DNA of 60,266 bases, from the NCBI GenBank assembly GCA_017627255.1, contig JAGAHD010000026.1:1-60266 (forward strand). Direction: 5' to 3'. This stretch comes from Bacteroidales bacterium (GTDB lineage Bacteria; Bacteroidota; Bacteroidia; Bacteroidales; UBA932). Both the position numbers and the translations under genes were made by a program. The notes beneath the pieces were generated by a model, which did no database searches, was not told where the DNA came from, and was given only the letters and a program-made list of their open reading frames with translations. Positions 17,082 through 26,907 of the stretch are shown in pieces (the stretch's first letter is position 1; each line of letters starts with the position of its first letter).

Positions 17082-18305
17082 CTAGAAATTGAACTTCACC
17101 ATGTTCTCGATGCGGTTGTTGAGAATCCACTTGCCGTCGCCGTACAAGCCGCGGGCATTGCGCTCGCCGCGTCCGAAACGCGCGGCGGTGGCGTTGTACT
17201 CGATGGAAACCGTCAGCTTGCCGATGTTCCAGGCAATGGTCGGGGTGAACCGGAACGCTTCATTGATGCTGGTCGCAGCGGACGTATTGATCCACAGGAG
17301 GTCGGTGGAGACAAGATCCTTCGTCGTCCCCAGCTGTTTCATGTAACCGACCGTGGCAAGGAACTGCACCTTCTTGCCATACTGGCAGGAAATGAAGGAA
17401 GCCCAGTCCCGCATCGGGGTGTACTCGTAACTGCCGTCAGAGAGGACCTTGGACACTCCATAGCCGGACAGGAGATTCATGTGCTCTCCGCTCTGGGCGA
17501 GGATGCTCTTGGCCTTGATCTGGAACTTGCCCTGGGTGTACTGGCCGAACACGAACGGGGAAACCGCCACGAGACGGTCGCTGAGTCCCTTGGTGTAACG
17601 CGGCTTGGAGGTGAAAAGGTCCACGCCTACCTTTCCGGTAAAACCACCGGAGGCATAGGCTATGCCGAGATACATTTCCGGGACAAGGCCGTATTTGTTG
17701 TAGTTAACGCTCTTGCCGTCCGGGCCGATCGGAAGGAACTGCATCGGGAAGATGAAACCGCCGGTGAGGGTGGCTTTCCCGAGGCTGTAGTGGGCCATGA
17801 CCTGCGGGCTGCGGTTGAACGGATTGAACGGAGCTCCGGTCTCCAGGTTGGTGATGTGCGGCATGTCAACCGCCATCGGATGCCAGGTCTGCCCGACATT
17901 CAGGAGAAGCTTGTGGCCCGCCACGTCATCCCAGGTCAGGCCGACATAAGCCTGGCGCATACGGAGAGTAGCTACGGAACCGTTCATGCAGTAAAAGTCC
18001 GCCTCGACGGCTCCGCCGACTTTCATGTCACCGAACTGGTAACCGGAAACATTCAGGCCCAGGCGGGTGGTCAGGGAAAACATGCGGAACGTAGGGACAG
18101 CATTCATGTCTGTGCCGTCGACGAGTTTCTCGTCCTTCGGCATATAGAAATACAAGTCCTGGGTGCCGGCATTCACCTCCCGGGTATCGAATACGGCATA
18201 ATTGCGGATAAAGCCGTACAGTTTGTAGGTCGCAGGGGTTTCCTGCTGGGCAAACAAGCCGGTCCCCGCAAGGAGGGACAGGCCGAAAAGGATGATTCTC
18301 TTCAT
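17082..18305 (-). CDS. DcaP-like outer membrane porin
   Basis: Signal peptide, KLYGFIR, TTRLGL, EADF, RMRQAY, GQTWHPM; terminal Phe. Start ATG 18305. Confidence 0.75.
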   Translation of the reverse strand: MKRIILFGLSLLAGTGLFAQQETPATYKLYGFIRNYAVFDTREVNAGTQDLYFYMPKDEKLVDGTDMNAVPTFRMFSLTTRLGLNVSGYQFGDMKVGGAVEADFYCMNGSVATLRMRQAYVGLTWDDVAGHKLLLNVGQTWHPMAVDMPHITNLETGAPFNPFNRSPQVMAHYSLGKATLTGGFIFPMQFLPIGPDGKSVNYNKYGLVPEMYLGIAYASGGFTGKVGVDLFTSKPRYTKGLSDRLVAVSPFVFGQYTQGKFQIKAKSILAQSGEHMNLLSGYGVSKVLSDGSYEYTPMRDWASFISCQYGKKVQFLATVGYMKQLGTTKDLVSTDLLWINTSAATSINEAFRFTPTIAWNIGKLTVSIEYNATAARFGRGERNARGLYGDGKWILNNRIENMVKFNF

Positions 18306-18331
18306 AGATTCTTCACTTCGTTCAGAATGAC
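18306..18331 (-). repeat. 26-bp REP-like dispersed element
   Basis: Minus strand GTCATTCTGAACGAAGTGAAGAATCT is 24/26 identical to GTCATCCTGAACGGAGTGAAGAATCT at 48392-48417. Confidence 0.75.
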
Positions 18332-18342
18332 TGGAGGAAAAC

Positions 18343-19788
18343 TCAGGCAAACGGGAAAATCTTCGTCAGCCAGAAATAGCCCAGGACGAAACCGATAAAG
18401 CCGATGATGAGACCCACCTTGGTCATATCCTTGGTCTCCACCATACCCGTTGCGGAAGCAATGGCATTCGGAGGAGTGGAGATCGGGAACAGCATGGCGA
18501 TGGAAGCGCAGACCGCGATGAAAATAATCATGGCGGAGGTACCACCCATGGCAAGGAACTGGGCGTTGTTGGCGGCGGCCGGATCGGCCATACCGTTAGC
18601 GACAACGATCAGGATCGGGATCAGCAGGGCTGCGGTAGCAGAGTTGGAAATGAAGTTGGACAGGAGGTAGCAGACCAGGCCGGCCACGATAAGGACGAGG
18701 ACGACGGACATAGAGCCGAACGGAATCGCCTGGATCAGCACCTTGGCCAGACCGGTATCCTGCAGGCAGTATCCCAGGCAGAAACCTCCGGCGACGAGCC
18801 AGAGCACGTTCCAGTTGATTTCCTTGATTTCTTCCTTGCCGAAGAGGCCGCAGGCCGTGAATACGCCCAGCGGAATGAGAGCCACGATGTTGGAATTGAT
18901 ATGGGTGATCTGCTCGGTCGCCCACAGCAGGATCGTGCCGATGAAGGTAATCCACACCACATACATCTTCCAGTCCTTCTTCTTGTTGCTTTCAGGAATC
19001 TCGAGGACCAGTTTCTTGGTCTTGAACGGGAAGAAGAAGCGGAGAATGACCCAGGCGAGCAAAATCATGATGAGCACGTAAGGAATCATGTGGACGCACC
19101 ATTCACCGAAAGAGACGTCGATGCCGGCCTGTTCAAGGGCACCCTTGGCCGTCGCGTTCGGAGGCGTTCCGATCGGCGTTCCGATACCGCCGAGGTTGGC
19201 GGCCACCGGAATGGACAGGGCCAGTCCAATCTTTCCCTTGTCGTCAGCCGGCAACTTGGAAAGCACCGGAGTCAGGAGAGCCAGCATCATGGCGGCGGTA
19301 GCCGTGTTGGACATGAACATCGAGAACACCGAGATCATGAGCAGGAAACCGAGGAGGACGACTTCCGGTTTCGTACCGAAGAGTTTCAGCAGTGCACGGG
19401 CCAGGGTGACGTCCAGGCCATACCGCTCAGCCATGATGGCGAGAACGAAACCGCCCAGGAAGAGCATCACCACCGGATCCGCCATGGAGGACATGATACG
19501 GGCATAGGGAACCAGCGTTCCGAATTTCGGGTCACAGAAGAAACCGATACCCTTGTTGGAAACGGTCAGCAGGGAAAGTACGATCACCAGCAGGGATGTG
19601 GACCAGTTCGGAATGATCTCGAAGATCCACATCAGAGCCGCGAAGACGAACAGCGCAATGACGCGCTGCTGGACGACAGTCAGGGCTTCGATCCCGTAGA
19701 AAGAAACCGGGACGGCCCATAGGAAGATTGTGATGATCAGCACAATCGGCAGAAACACACAATACTTGACGTTGAATTTCTTTGCCAT
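18343..19788 (-). CDS. SLC13/DASS family sodium-coupled anion permease
   Basis: Polytopic membrane protein with FMSNTATAAM, GTPIGTPPN, FISNSATA and PISTPPNAIA. Confidence 0.92.
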   Translation of the reverse strand: MAKKFNVKYCVFLPIVLIITIFLWAVPVSFYGIEALTVVQQRVIALFVFAALMWIFEIIPNWSTSLLVIVLSLLTVSNKGIGFFCDPKFGTLVPYARIMSSMADPVVMLFLGGFVLAIMAERYGLDVTLARALLKLFGTKPEVVLLGFLLMISVFSMFMSNTATAAMMLALLTPVLSKLPADDKGKIGLALSIPVAANLGGIGTPIGTPPNATAKGALEQAGIDVSFGEWCVHMIPYVLIMILLAWVILRFFFPFKTKKLVLEIPESNKKKDWKMYVVWITFIGTILLWATEQITHINSNIVALIPLGVFTACGLFGKEEIKEINWNVLWLVAGGFCLGYCLQDTGLAKVLIQAIPFGSMSVVLVLIVAGLVCYLLSNFISNSATAALLIPILIVVANGMADPAAANNAQFLAMGGTSAMIIFIAVCASIAMLFPISTPPNAIASATGMVETKDMTKVGLIIGFIGFVLGYFWLTKIFPFA

Positions 19789-19800
19789 TATCGTAAAATA

Positions 19801-21399
19801 TTATCTTTCATAGGTAAAACGGATGTCCACCGGAATCTTTTCCAGTTCCAGCGCGACGACGTCGGACTGGATGGTAGGGCCAGCAACGGTATACTTCTGC
19901 GCAAACTCGAGGGCAGATTCATAATCCCCGGTAGCCTGGATCTTGAGGATGAAGGCACCGAGGGATTCGATGGCTTCCCAAGTCTTGGCGTAATCGATCG
20001 AATAACGGCCGGATTCCTTGCGGGTGATACCCTTGTTTTCCAGGAGCCAGTTGTATATCATGATGTTGGCCTGGCCGGTCGGATCGGCACCGCCGAAACG
20101 GGTGGAACGCATGATATTGGCCACGAAAGTTGCGATCACATCCTCTTTCTGGATGAGCGCGGAAATCCGGTGCGCGGCCACTTCATTGCCGCAAAGGTAG
20201 GCGCCCAGGACGTTGGACTTGGCTTTCTCCCACAAAAGGGCTTCGTTGCCGAGGGCTTCGGAAACGGTCCCTTTCCCGTTCACGGTCTCCTTCACGCCTA
20301 GACCCTTGGCCACCTCGCGGAATACGATGTTCCAATAGAAGGCGCTGGCGTCCAGATGGGCCTGGTGCTCTCCTTCAAAGAGGGTCATTCCCACCGGGAA
20401 GACGGTACGGTTGAATTTTTCGCGGATGATATTGTCGAACAGGATGGTACGGGTACCGAGCTTCTCCTGGACCTTGGCATCGTAAGGGAAATTGATGGCA
20501 ATCACCTTGAAACCGGCATTGGTATAGCCGCCGTAATAGATGACATTGCAGGAGAAGATTCCAGATTCGTCACCGGGGGCAAAGGCATGATAGGCAGGAT
20601 CGCCCGGCAGCATCTGCTGGTATTCCGGAAGACGCGCGCAGACATCCTGGAGTTCCTCTGTCCGCTCCAGGTTCTTGAGCAGGACGTAGGCGCCGTAGGA
20701 AGCCTTGGTTCCGTACAGGGCGTCATCGACTGCCTCGTTCGGGCCGAGCACCAGGTCCATCTTGCTGTCCGTCATCTCCAGCCACGCCTTGTCGCTCTCA
20801 TAATAATCGTCGGTCTTCAGGCCTTCGATCTTCTTGAGGAGGTAGTTGCGGACACTTTCCTTGATGGTGATGTCAGCCGCAGCCTGGAGATAATCGGCGA
20901 TCTTGTCGATATGGGCAGCATAGGCGTCATGGTACCACACCGTCTTCAGAGAACCGTCAGCGGCACGGGTGACCAGCGTGTAAGGGCTGTTTTTGTCGGG
21001 ATCCGCGAACGCCGCGAATTCCTCGTCGGTCATGTCAGCCGGATAGAAACAAGCCCCGGCCGGCTTGGCGCCGTATCCTTCGACGAAGGCCTTGCCGTCA
21101 ATACGGTCCCAAGGGCCGTAGTTCAGCAGGGCGTAGTCGCGGACATAAGGATCCTCGAGTCCTTCCATAAGGGCTTTGTCACCGAAATTCTGCTCCCAGT
21201 AGATCTTGTCCGCCTCGTCAGCGGCAAAACGGTAGAGGTTCAGGACCTCTTTCCCGTTATCGGTAATTCCCGAAAGGTCCGGAGCGGGAATCTTCACTTC
21301 TGCATAGTTCTCCATCAGACGGGCGGCCTTGCTTCTGTGCTCCTCACAGGAAGTGAGGACAAGGGCGAGAAGACACCATGCGACAGTCAGTTTTTTCAT
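19801..21399 (-). CDS. Dipeptidyl-peptidase III (M49)-like lipoprotein, predicted catalytically inactive
   Basis: Lipobox LTSC; NYGPWDR, FYPADMT, IAINFP, RSTRFG resemble the pentapeptide-motif M49 group. HExxH reads REVAK and EExKAD reads EKAKSN. Confidence 0.75.
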   Translation of the reverse strand: MKKLTVAWCLLALVLTSCEEHRSKAARLMENYAEVKIPAPDLSGITDNGKEVLNLYRFAADEADKIYWEQNFGDKALMEGLEDPYVRDYALLNYGPWDRIDGKAFVEGYGAKPAGACFYPADMTDEEFAAFADPDKNSPYTLVTRAADGSLKTVWYHDAYAAHIDKIADYLQAAADITIKESVRNYLLKKIEGLKTDDYYESDKAWLEMTDSKMDLVLGPNEAVDDALYGTKASYGAYVLLKNLERTEELQDVCARLPEYQQMLPGDPAYHAFAPGDESGIFSCNVIYYGGYTNAGFKVIAINFPYDAKVQEKLGTRTILFDNIIREKFNRTVFPVGMTLFEGEHQAHLDASAFYWNIVFREVAKGLGVKETVNGKGTVSEALGNEALLWEKAKSNVLGAYLCGNEVAAHRISALIQKEDVIATFVANIMRSTRFGGADPTGQANIMIYNWLLENKGITRKESGRYSIDYAKTWEAIESLGAFILKIQATGDYESALEFAQKYTVAGPTIQSDVVALELEKIPVDIRFTYER

Positions 21400-21429
21400 T
21401 GTGTTACGATATTGCTACAATTAATCTTG

Positions 21430-21437
21430 CAAAGATA
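21430..21437 (-). promoter_or_regulatory. Bacteroidota -7 promoter element for the M49-like/DASS/porin operon
   Basis: TATCTTTG(CA) on the minus strand, 30 nt before ATG 21399 and just after the gdhA terminator. Confidence 0.6.
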
Positions 21438-21473
21438 AGCATTTCCAGATATTTCCCCATCATTTATTACAGA

Positions 21474-21502
21474 AAAAGGGAGGTCGGACGGACCTCCCTT
21501 TT
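21474..21502. terminator. Rho-independent terminator after gdhA
   Basis: aaaagggaggtc-ggacg-gacctccctttt, a perfect 12-bp inverted repeat. Confidence 0.8.
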
Positions 21503-21522
21503 GTCTTGATGAGGATGATATC

Positions 21523-22866
21523 CTAGATGGTTCCCTGCTCGAGCATAGCCTGGGCGACTTTCATGAAGCCGGCGATGTTGGCGCCCTTCACATAGTCGAC
21601 CGATCCGTCCGGCTGGGTGCCGAACTTCACGCACTGCTCGTGGATGCTCTTCATGATGAAATGGAGCTTGTCGTCCACTTCCTTGGCATCCCAGCTGATG
21701 TGCTCGGCGTTCTGGGTCATTTCGAGACCGGAGGTGGCGACACCGCCTGCATTGACAGCCTTGCCCGGGGCGAAGAGGATACCGTTGTGCTGGAAATAGT
21801 GGATAGCGCCAGGCTGGCAGCCCATGTTGGAGACTTCGCAGCAGCACCAGCAGCCGTTGGCGACGAGTTCCTTCGCATCATCCTCGCTCAGTTCGTTCTG
21901 GAAAGCGCAAGGAAGGGCGATGTCGACCGGAATGCTCCAAGCCTTCTTGCCGGCGGTGAAGAACGCCTTCTGAGGGAACTGGGTCGCCATGTCTTCCACC
22001 CTGTTACGGTTGGAAGCACGCATGACGAGCATGTAGTCGATCATCTCCTTGGTGATGCCGTCAGGGATGTGGCAGACACCGTCCGGACCGGAGATGGCCA
22101 CGACCTTGGCGCCGAGTTCCGTCGCCTTGGTAGCAGCGCCCCAAGCCACGTTGCCGAAGCCGGAGAGGGCGACCTTCTTGCCCTTGATATCCTTACCGGC
22201 CTTCTCGAGAAGGTGCTGGGTGAAATAGAGGGCGCCGAAGCCGGTAGCCTCCGGACGGAGGATGGAACCGCCCCAGGTTCCGCCCTTGCCGGTGAGGACA
22301 CCGGTGTTGTACTGGCGGGCCAGTTTCTTGTACATACCATAGAGGTAGCCGATCTCACGGCCGCCAACGCCTACGTCACCGGCAGGTATATCCTGGTCAG
22401 GACCGATGCAGTTCCAGAGCTCCAGCATGAAAGCCTGGCAGAAACGCATGATCTCATCGTTGGACTTGCCGACCGGATCGAAGTCGGAACCGCCCTTGGC
22501 GCCGCCCACCGGAAGGGTGGTGAGGGCATTCTTGAACGTCTGCTCGAAACCAAGGAACTTAAGCATGGACGGGGTCACAGCCTTGTGGAAACGGAGGCCG
22601 CCCTTATAGGGACCGATGGCGCTGTTGAACTGGATGCGGTAGCCGAGGTTGGTCTGGACCTCGCCCTTGTCATCCACCCAGGTGACGCGGAAGGTGAAGA
22701 TACGATCCGGCTCGACCATTCTTTCGACGATCTTCGCCTTCTCGAACTCAGGATGCTGGTTGTACACATCCTCGATGGATTCAAGGACTTCCTGGACAGC
22801 CTGAAGATACTCCTTCTCAAGCGGATATTTCGCCTGGAGCTTTGCCATGATGTCTTGTGTTCTCAT
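21523..22866 (-). CDS. gdhA: NAD(P)-specific glutamate dehydrogenase
   Basis: GPYKGGLRF, GGAKGGSDFDP, DIPAGDVGVG, RPEATGFG, GFGNVA. Start ATG 22866. Confidence 0.97.
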   Translation of the reverse strand: MRTQDIMAKLQAKYPLEKEYLQAVQEVLESIEDVYNQHPEFEKAKIVERMVEPDRIFTFRVTWVDDKGEVQTNLGYRIQFNSAIGPYKGGLRFHKAVTPSMLKFLGFEQTFKNALTTLPVGGAKGGSDFDPVGKSNDEIMRFCQAFMLELWNCIGPDQDIPAGDVGVGGREIGYLYGMYKKLARQYNTGVLTGKGGTWGGSILRPEATGFGALYFTQHLLEKAGKDIKGKKVALSGFGNVAWGAATKATELGAKVVAISGPDGVCHIPDGITKEMIDYMLVMRASNRNRVEDMATQFPQKAFFTAGKKAWSIPVDIALPCAFQNELSEDDAKELVANGCWCCCEVSNMGCQPGAIHYFQHNGILFAPGKAVNAGGVATSGLEMTQNAEHISWDAKEVDDKLHFIMKSIHEQCVKFGTQPDGSVDYVKGANIAGFMKVAQAMLEQGTI

Positions 22867-23063
22867 GATAAATGCAGTTGTTTGTGTTAAAAATATGAAG
22901 TTAAAAGTTAATAGCTTTAAAAAGCACACAAATGTAAGCATTAAAAAGATATTAACCAATATTTTTTAATCAAAAAAATCTCCGGCCGGAAAAGGAACGG
23001 AGACGGGCGGAGGAAATGCCGGAAATATTGTATCTTTGCAGGCGTATTATCACCCTTTCCTGT

Positions 23064-23597
23064 ATGAAAAAGGATTTTAAGGACCGGTTGTCGGCATGTC
23101 TGAAGGACCTGACCGGCGCCGAAATCAAGAGTGTGACGGCCGATGAGGACAGCGGCCGGGTAACTGCCGTACTCATGCCCGGGCGTGGTCACGGGAGGGT
23201 TTCCCTGTCCCAGTTGCCCGAGGTCCTCCGCGTAATGGACGTAGACATCATGGAAGGGGATGTCACCCTGGCCGGAAACTATGCCGACGTCCGGGATTTC
23301 GTGGAATCATGGAACCTCGACGCCGACGATCCCAGGATTGCCCGTTTCATCTCCCTCCTCAGAAGGGAGACCCGCGGCGAAGTGGCCAATGTGGAGTTCC
23401 GCTCCGGCGAACTCCTGTACGAACTGACGCTCCGGTCCCTGGATTTCACCGCTCCGGAATACGTCTATATCGAAGGAGTGGATTTCCGTACCAAGACACT
23501 CTACTGCTACACGTTCGTGGAGGACATGAACGACATCCTGGAGACAGACACGTTGTCCATCCTGGGCTATCCGTTCACCGGGGCGGTCAAGAGTTGA
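23064..23597 (+). CDS. Hypothetical protein
   Basis: 177-aa ORF with host-like codon use, TATCTTTG promoter motif at 23031-23038 and a downstream terminator. No family recognised. Confidence 0.7.
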   Translation: MKKDFKDRLSACLKDLTGAEIKSVTADEDSGRVTAVLMPGRGHGRVSLSQLPEVLRVMDVDIMEGDVTLAGNYADVRDFVESWNLDADDPRIARFISLLRRETRGEVANVEFRSGELLYELTLRSLDFTAPEYVYIEGVDFRTKTLYCYTFVEDMNDILETDTLSILGYPFTGAVKS

Positions 23598-23624
23598 TTT
23601 TCCCCCGACGTCCCTTTCCATAAA

Positions 23625-23662
23625 ATAGAAAAGCCGTGTCACGATGGACACGGCTTTTCTAT
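23625..23662. terminator. Bidirectional terminator
   Basis: atagaaaagccgtgtc-acgatg-gacacggcttttctat, a perfect 16-bp inverted repeat between convergent genes. Confidence 0.8.
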
Positions 23663-23679
23663 GAATGATCCCGGGGAGA

Positions 23680-24255
23680 TTACTGACCCTGGCCAGCCTG
23701 GGCCTGAGCCTGGGCCTGGGCCTGCATTTCCTGCTGGAGCTGCTCAAGGGTACGGCCATCCTTGATACCGAGTTCCTTGCGGGCGGCCGGCGTGAGATCC
23801 ACAACGGCAGCCTCATCGAAATAAAGGGCGGAGGAATCATCGAAAACGGCGGCGAGGCCCTGGGCCTTGGCGAGTTTCTTCACAACTTCCTGGGCCTTCT
23901 CCATAATCGGGGACATCAGGGTGTTCTGCTGCTGCTGGAGCTCCTGGGAAATGGTCTGCTGGAACTCCTGGAGACGGTTCTGGATGTCATACAGTTCCTT
24001 TTCCTTGGACTCGCGGATCGCGGCCGTCCAGGAAGCGGACTTCTGCTGGTACTGGTTGGCTTTGGTCTGGTACTCTTCCAGCATGCTGGCGTAGGTTTCC
24101 TGGGCCTCGTTCTGCATGGCGGTAATCTGCTCGCGGGCGGCATCAGCCTCAGGGGCCAGCTGCACGAGTTCAGTGAAATTGACACGGCCGAGCTTCTGGG
24201 CGGAAGCCGTAACGGTCATGAGAGCTGCAAGGGCAATGACAAAAATCTTTTTCAT
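23680..24255 (-). CDS. OmpH/Skp family periplasmic chaperone
   Basis: Signal peptide, AQKLGRVN, coiled coil, VDLTP; directly after bamA. Confidence 0.92.
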   Translation of the reverse strand: MKKIFVIALAALMTVTASAQKLGRVNFTELVQLAPEADAAREQITAMQNEAQETYASMLEEYQTKANQYQQKSASWTAAIRESKEKELYDIQNRLQEFQQTISQELQQQQNTLMSPIMEKAQEVVKKLAKAQGLAAVFDDSSALYFDEAAVVDLTPAARKELGIKDGRTLEQLQQEMQAQAQAQAQAGQGQ

Positions 24256-24285
24256 GTCTAAACTATTTTGAATTATTATTGTTCA

Positions 24286-26886
24286 TCAGAACTGTTGTCC
24301 GAGGACGAAGTGGAACTGGCTGCCGCCGTTGGCCGTGTCGTCGAAACCATAGCCCCAGTCGACACCGAGCAGGCCGATCATCGGGAGGAAGACGCGAACG
24401 CCCACACCGGCAGACCGCTTGATCTGGAACGGATTGAATTCACGGATATCCGCCCAGCAGTTACCGCCTTCGAGGAAGGCCAGCACGAAGATCGTGGACT
24501 GAGGCTGGAGAATCACCGGATAACGGAGCTCAACCGTAAACTTGTCATACAGGTGACCCGCATAGCTCTGGTAGGCCGTACTGTACGGCGTGTACCGCAT
24601 CGGGGTCAGGGAATAGTCCTCATAACCGCGGAGGGAAACAATTTCCGCGCCATAGGTCATGTAGCCCGACATACCGTCACCACCCACCTGGAAGCCTTCG
24701 AACGGGGAATATCCCCAATTGCGGTTGTAGTAGCCGAGGAAACCGAACTGGGCACGGCTCATGAGGACCAGGTCGCCGATCAGCTTGGTGTAGACGGCAC
24801 CGCTGAATTTCCACTTGTGATACTCGATCCACTTGAACCGGTTGGAAGCGGACCAGGTGCTGTAGTCGATATCCTTCCAGCTGTTCACGCTCTGCCGGTT
24901 GCCTTCCGCGTCAAACGTATGCCGGCGGAACAGGGAGAACGGCGGAGTCAGCTGCAGGGAAGCCGAGAAATCGGAGCCCTGGCGGGGGTAGATCTGCTGG
25001 TCGGTGGAGTTGCGGTTCAGCGACACGGTGTAGCTCAGGTTGTGGGAGACACCGGTATCGAAAGCGAAATAGCTGGACTCCCAGTTGGTCAGGCGGTAGG
25101 TCTGCCAGCTGAGATTATTGTACAGGACGAAATAGTTGTCCGGCCACTTCAGGCGGTTGCCCAGGCCGGCATTGAAACCGAAGACCTCAAACACCTTGTC
25201 GTTGCGCAGGAATGCGGCGCCCAGTCCCAGCAGGGAATTCGTCATGCGGGAATAGTAGCCGGAAATGCTGAGCGAGGTAGGCTTCTTGCCGAAGAGCCAG
25301 GGCTCCATGAAGCTCGCGCTGACGGTGGTATAATAGGTACCGTTGGTCTGGAAACGGAACGACAGGGTCTGGGCGTCACCGAGCGGAACCGGACGCCAGG
25401 CATTCTTGTCAAGGATGCGGTGGGTGGAGAAATTGTTGAAGCTCACACCGGCCGTCGCCACGAAAGTACCCGCACCCCAGCCGCCGGACAGTTCCAGCTG
25501 CGAGGAAGGTTTCTCGGTCACATTGTACACCAGGTCCACGGTATTGCTGGAGGGGTTCGGAAGGATGGACCAGCCACCCGGACTCATAATGGCTTCGGCG
25601 TCGAACTGGCCGAGGGAGGCGATTTCACGGATGGAGCGTTCGAAATCCGTCTGGCTGAAAAGGTAACCGGGACGGGTCATGATCTGGCGGCGGACCACTT
25701 TCTCATTGGTCAGGTCGTTGCCGTTGATGATGATGTTGTTCAGGATGGCGGGCTTTCCTTCGGAAATCCGCATCTCTACGTCCACCGAGTCGTTCTGGAT
25801 ATTCACTTCCACCGGCGTGACGTTGAAGAACAGGTAACCGTTGTCCATGTACAGTTTGCGGACGTCCATCTCGGACTGTTTACCGCCGCCATGGAGACGC
25901 TTCTCCATGGTCACCATGTCATACACGTCGCCCTTCTTGATCTTCAGCACCTCGTCCAGCACCTCGGAAGGATAGACGGAATTGCCGGTCCAGGTAATGT
26001 TGCGGAAGTAATACTGGCGTCCCTGGTCAAATACCATGTCGATGTCGATATGCTTGTCGTCGACATAGTAGATGGAATCGCGCACCAGGCGGGCGTCACG
26101 GTAACCGGCCTCATTGAAAGCCTCCAGGACATTTTTCCGGTCACTCTGGTATTCCTTTTCCTTGAATTTCTTGGATTTGAAGAAATTATACCACTTGTTG
26201 GAATGGGTTTCCTTCATCGCCTTGGACAGTTTGTACTCGGAGACATTCCCGTCGTGGCCGATGAAGTTGATATGCTTGATACGGACCTTGTTGCCTTTCT
26301 TGACATCGAAATTCACCCGGATGGCGCTCCGGATCATCGAATCTTTCTGGACATCGACATCCACATCGCAAAGGAGGAATCCCTTTTCCTTGTAGTAGCG
26401 CTTGATGATGTCCACCGAAGTACTCCTCACATAATCGGAATACTCGCGGCCCGGACGGAGGTTGAGGCGCTCCTGGAGGTCTTTCCGTTCACTCGTCTTA
26501 ACGCCGGAGAAGGTCCAGCGGGATACCCTCGGACGCTCCTTGATGCAGATCTTGAACCAGGCCGTGTCCTTGGCGGCACTCAGGGAATCGATGACGACGG
26601 CCACATCCTCGAAATAGCGCTGGGCGACAAGACGCTTGACGATATTGGTGATATCCTCACCCGGGGCCGTCACCTCCATACCGGCATGGAGACCGGTCTG
26701 CTGCAGGATCTGGTGTTCCGCATAATACGTATTGCCTTCCACGCCGACCCCGCCGACGATATATTTCTTCGGCGCCTCATAATCTATTTCGATGGAACTG
26801 CGGTTGCTCTGGGCATGCAGGGCGGTTCCCAGGATGCCGAGCAGCAACACACAGCCGATCCGTCTAATCATCATCTTGCTATCCAT
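24286..26886 (-). CDS. bamA: Outer membrane protein assembly factor BamA
   Basis: POTRA-like repeats, LELSGGWG, LRGY, GVDWGYGFD, terminal GQQF. Start ATG 26886, with TATCTTTG at 26894-26901. Confidence 0.96.
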   Translation of the reverse strand: MDSKMMIRRIGCVLLLGILGTALHAQSNRSSIEIDYEAPKKYIVGGVGVEGNTYYAEHQILQQTGLHAGMEVTAPGEDITNIVKRLVAQRYFEDVAVVIDSLSAAKDTAWFKICIKERPRVSRWTFSGVKTSERKDLQERLNLRPGREYSDYVRSTSVDIIKRYYKEKGFLLCDVDVDVQKDSMIRSAIRVNFDVKKGNKVRIKHINFIGHDGNVSEYKLSKAMKETHSNKWYNFFKSKKFKEKEYQSDRKNVLEAFNEAGYRDARLVRDSIYYVDDKHIDIDMVFDQGRQYYFRNITWTGNSVYPSEVLDEVLKIKKGDVYDMVTMEKRLHGGGKQSEMDVRKLYMDNGYLFFNVTPVEVNIQNDSVDVEMRISEGKPAILNNIIINGNDLTNEKVVRRQIMTRPGYLFSQTDFERSIREIASLGQFDAEAIMSPGGWSILPNPSSNTVDLVYNVTEKPSSQLELSGGWGAGTFVATAGVSFNNFSTHRILDKNAWRPVPLGDAQTLSFRFQTNGTYYTTVSASFMEPWLFGKKPTSLSISGYYSRMTNSLLGLGAAFLRNDKVFEVFGFNAGLGNRLKWPDNYFVLYNNLSWQTYRLTNWESSYFAFDTGVSHNLSYTVSLNRNSTDQQIYPRQGSDFSASLQLTPPFSLFRRHTFDAEGNRQSVNSWKDIDYSTWSASNRFKWIEYHKWKFSGAVYTKLIGDLVLMSRAQFGFLGYYNRNWGYSPFEGFQVGGDGMSGYMTYGAEIVSLRGYEDYSLTPMRYTPYSTAYQSYAGHLYDKFTVELRYPVILQPQSTIFVLAFLEGGNCWADIREFNPFQIKRSAGVGVRVFLPMIGLLGVDWGYGFDDTANGGSQFHFVLGQQF

Positions 26887-26907
26887 TATCCTGCAAAGAT
26901 AAGTCAT

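Noticed and set aside
23697-23724. Tandem 6-bp repeats at the ompH 3' end
   Set aside because: They encode an in-frame Gln-Ala tail; ordinary low complexity, not a contingency locus.
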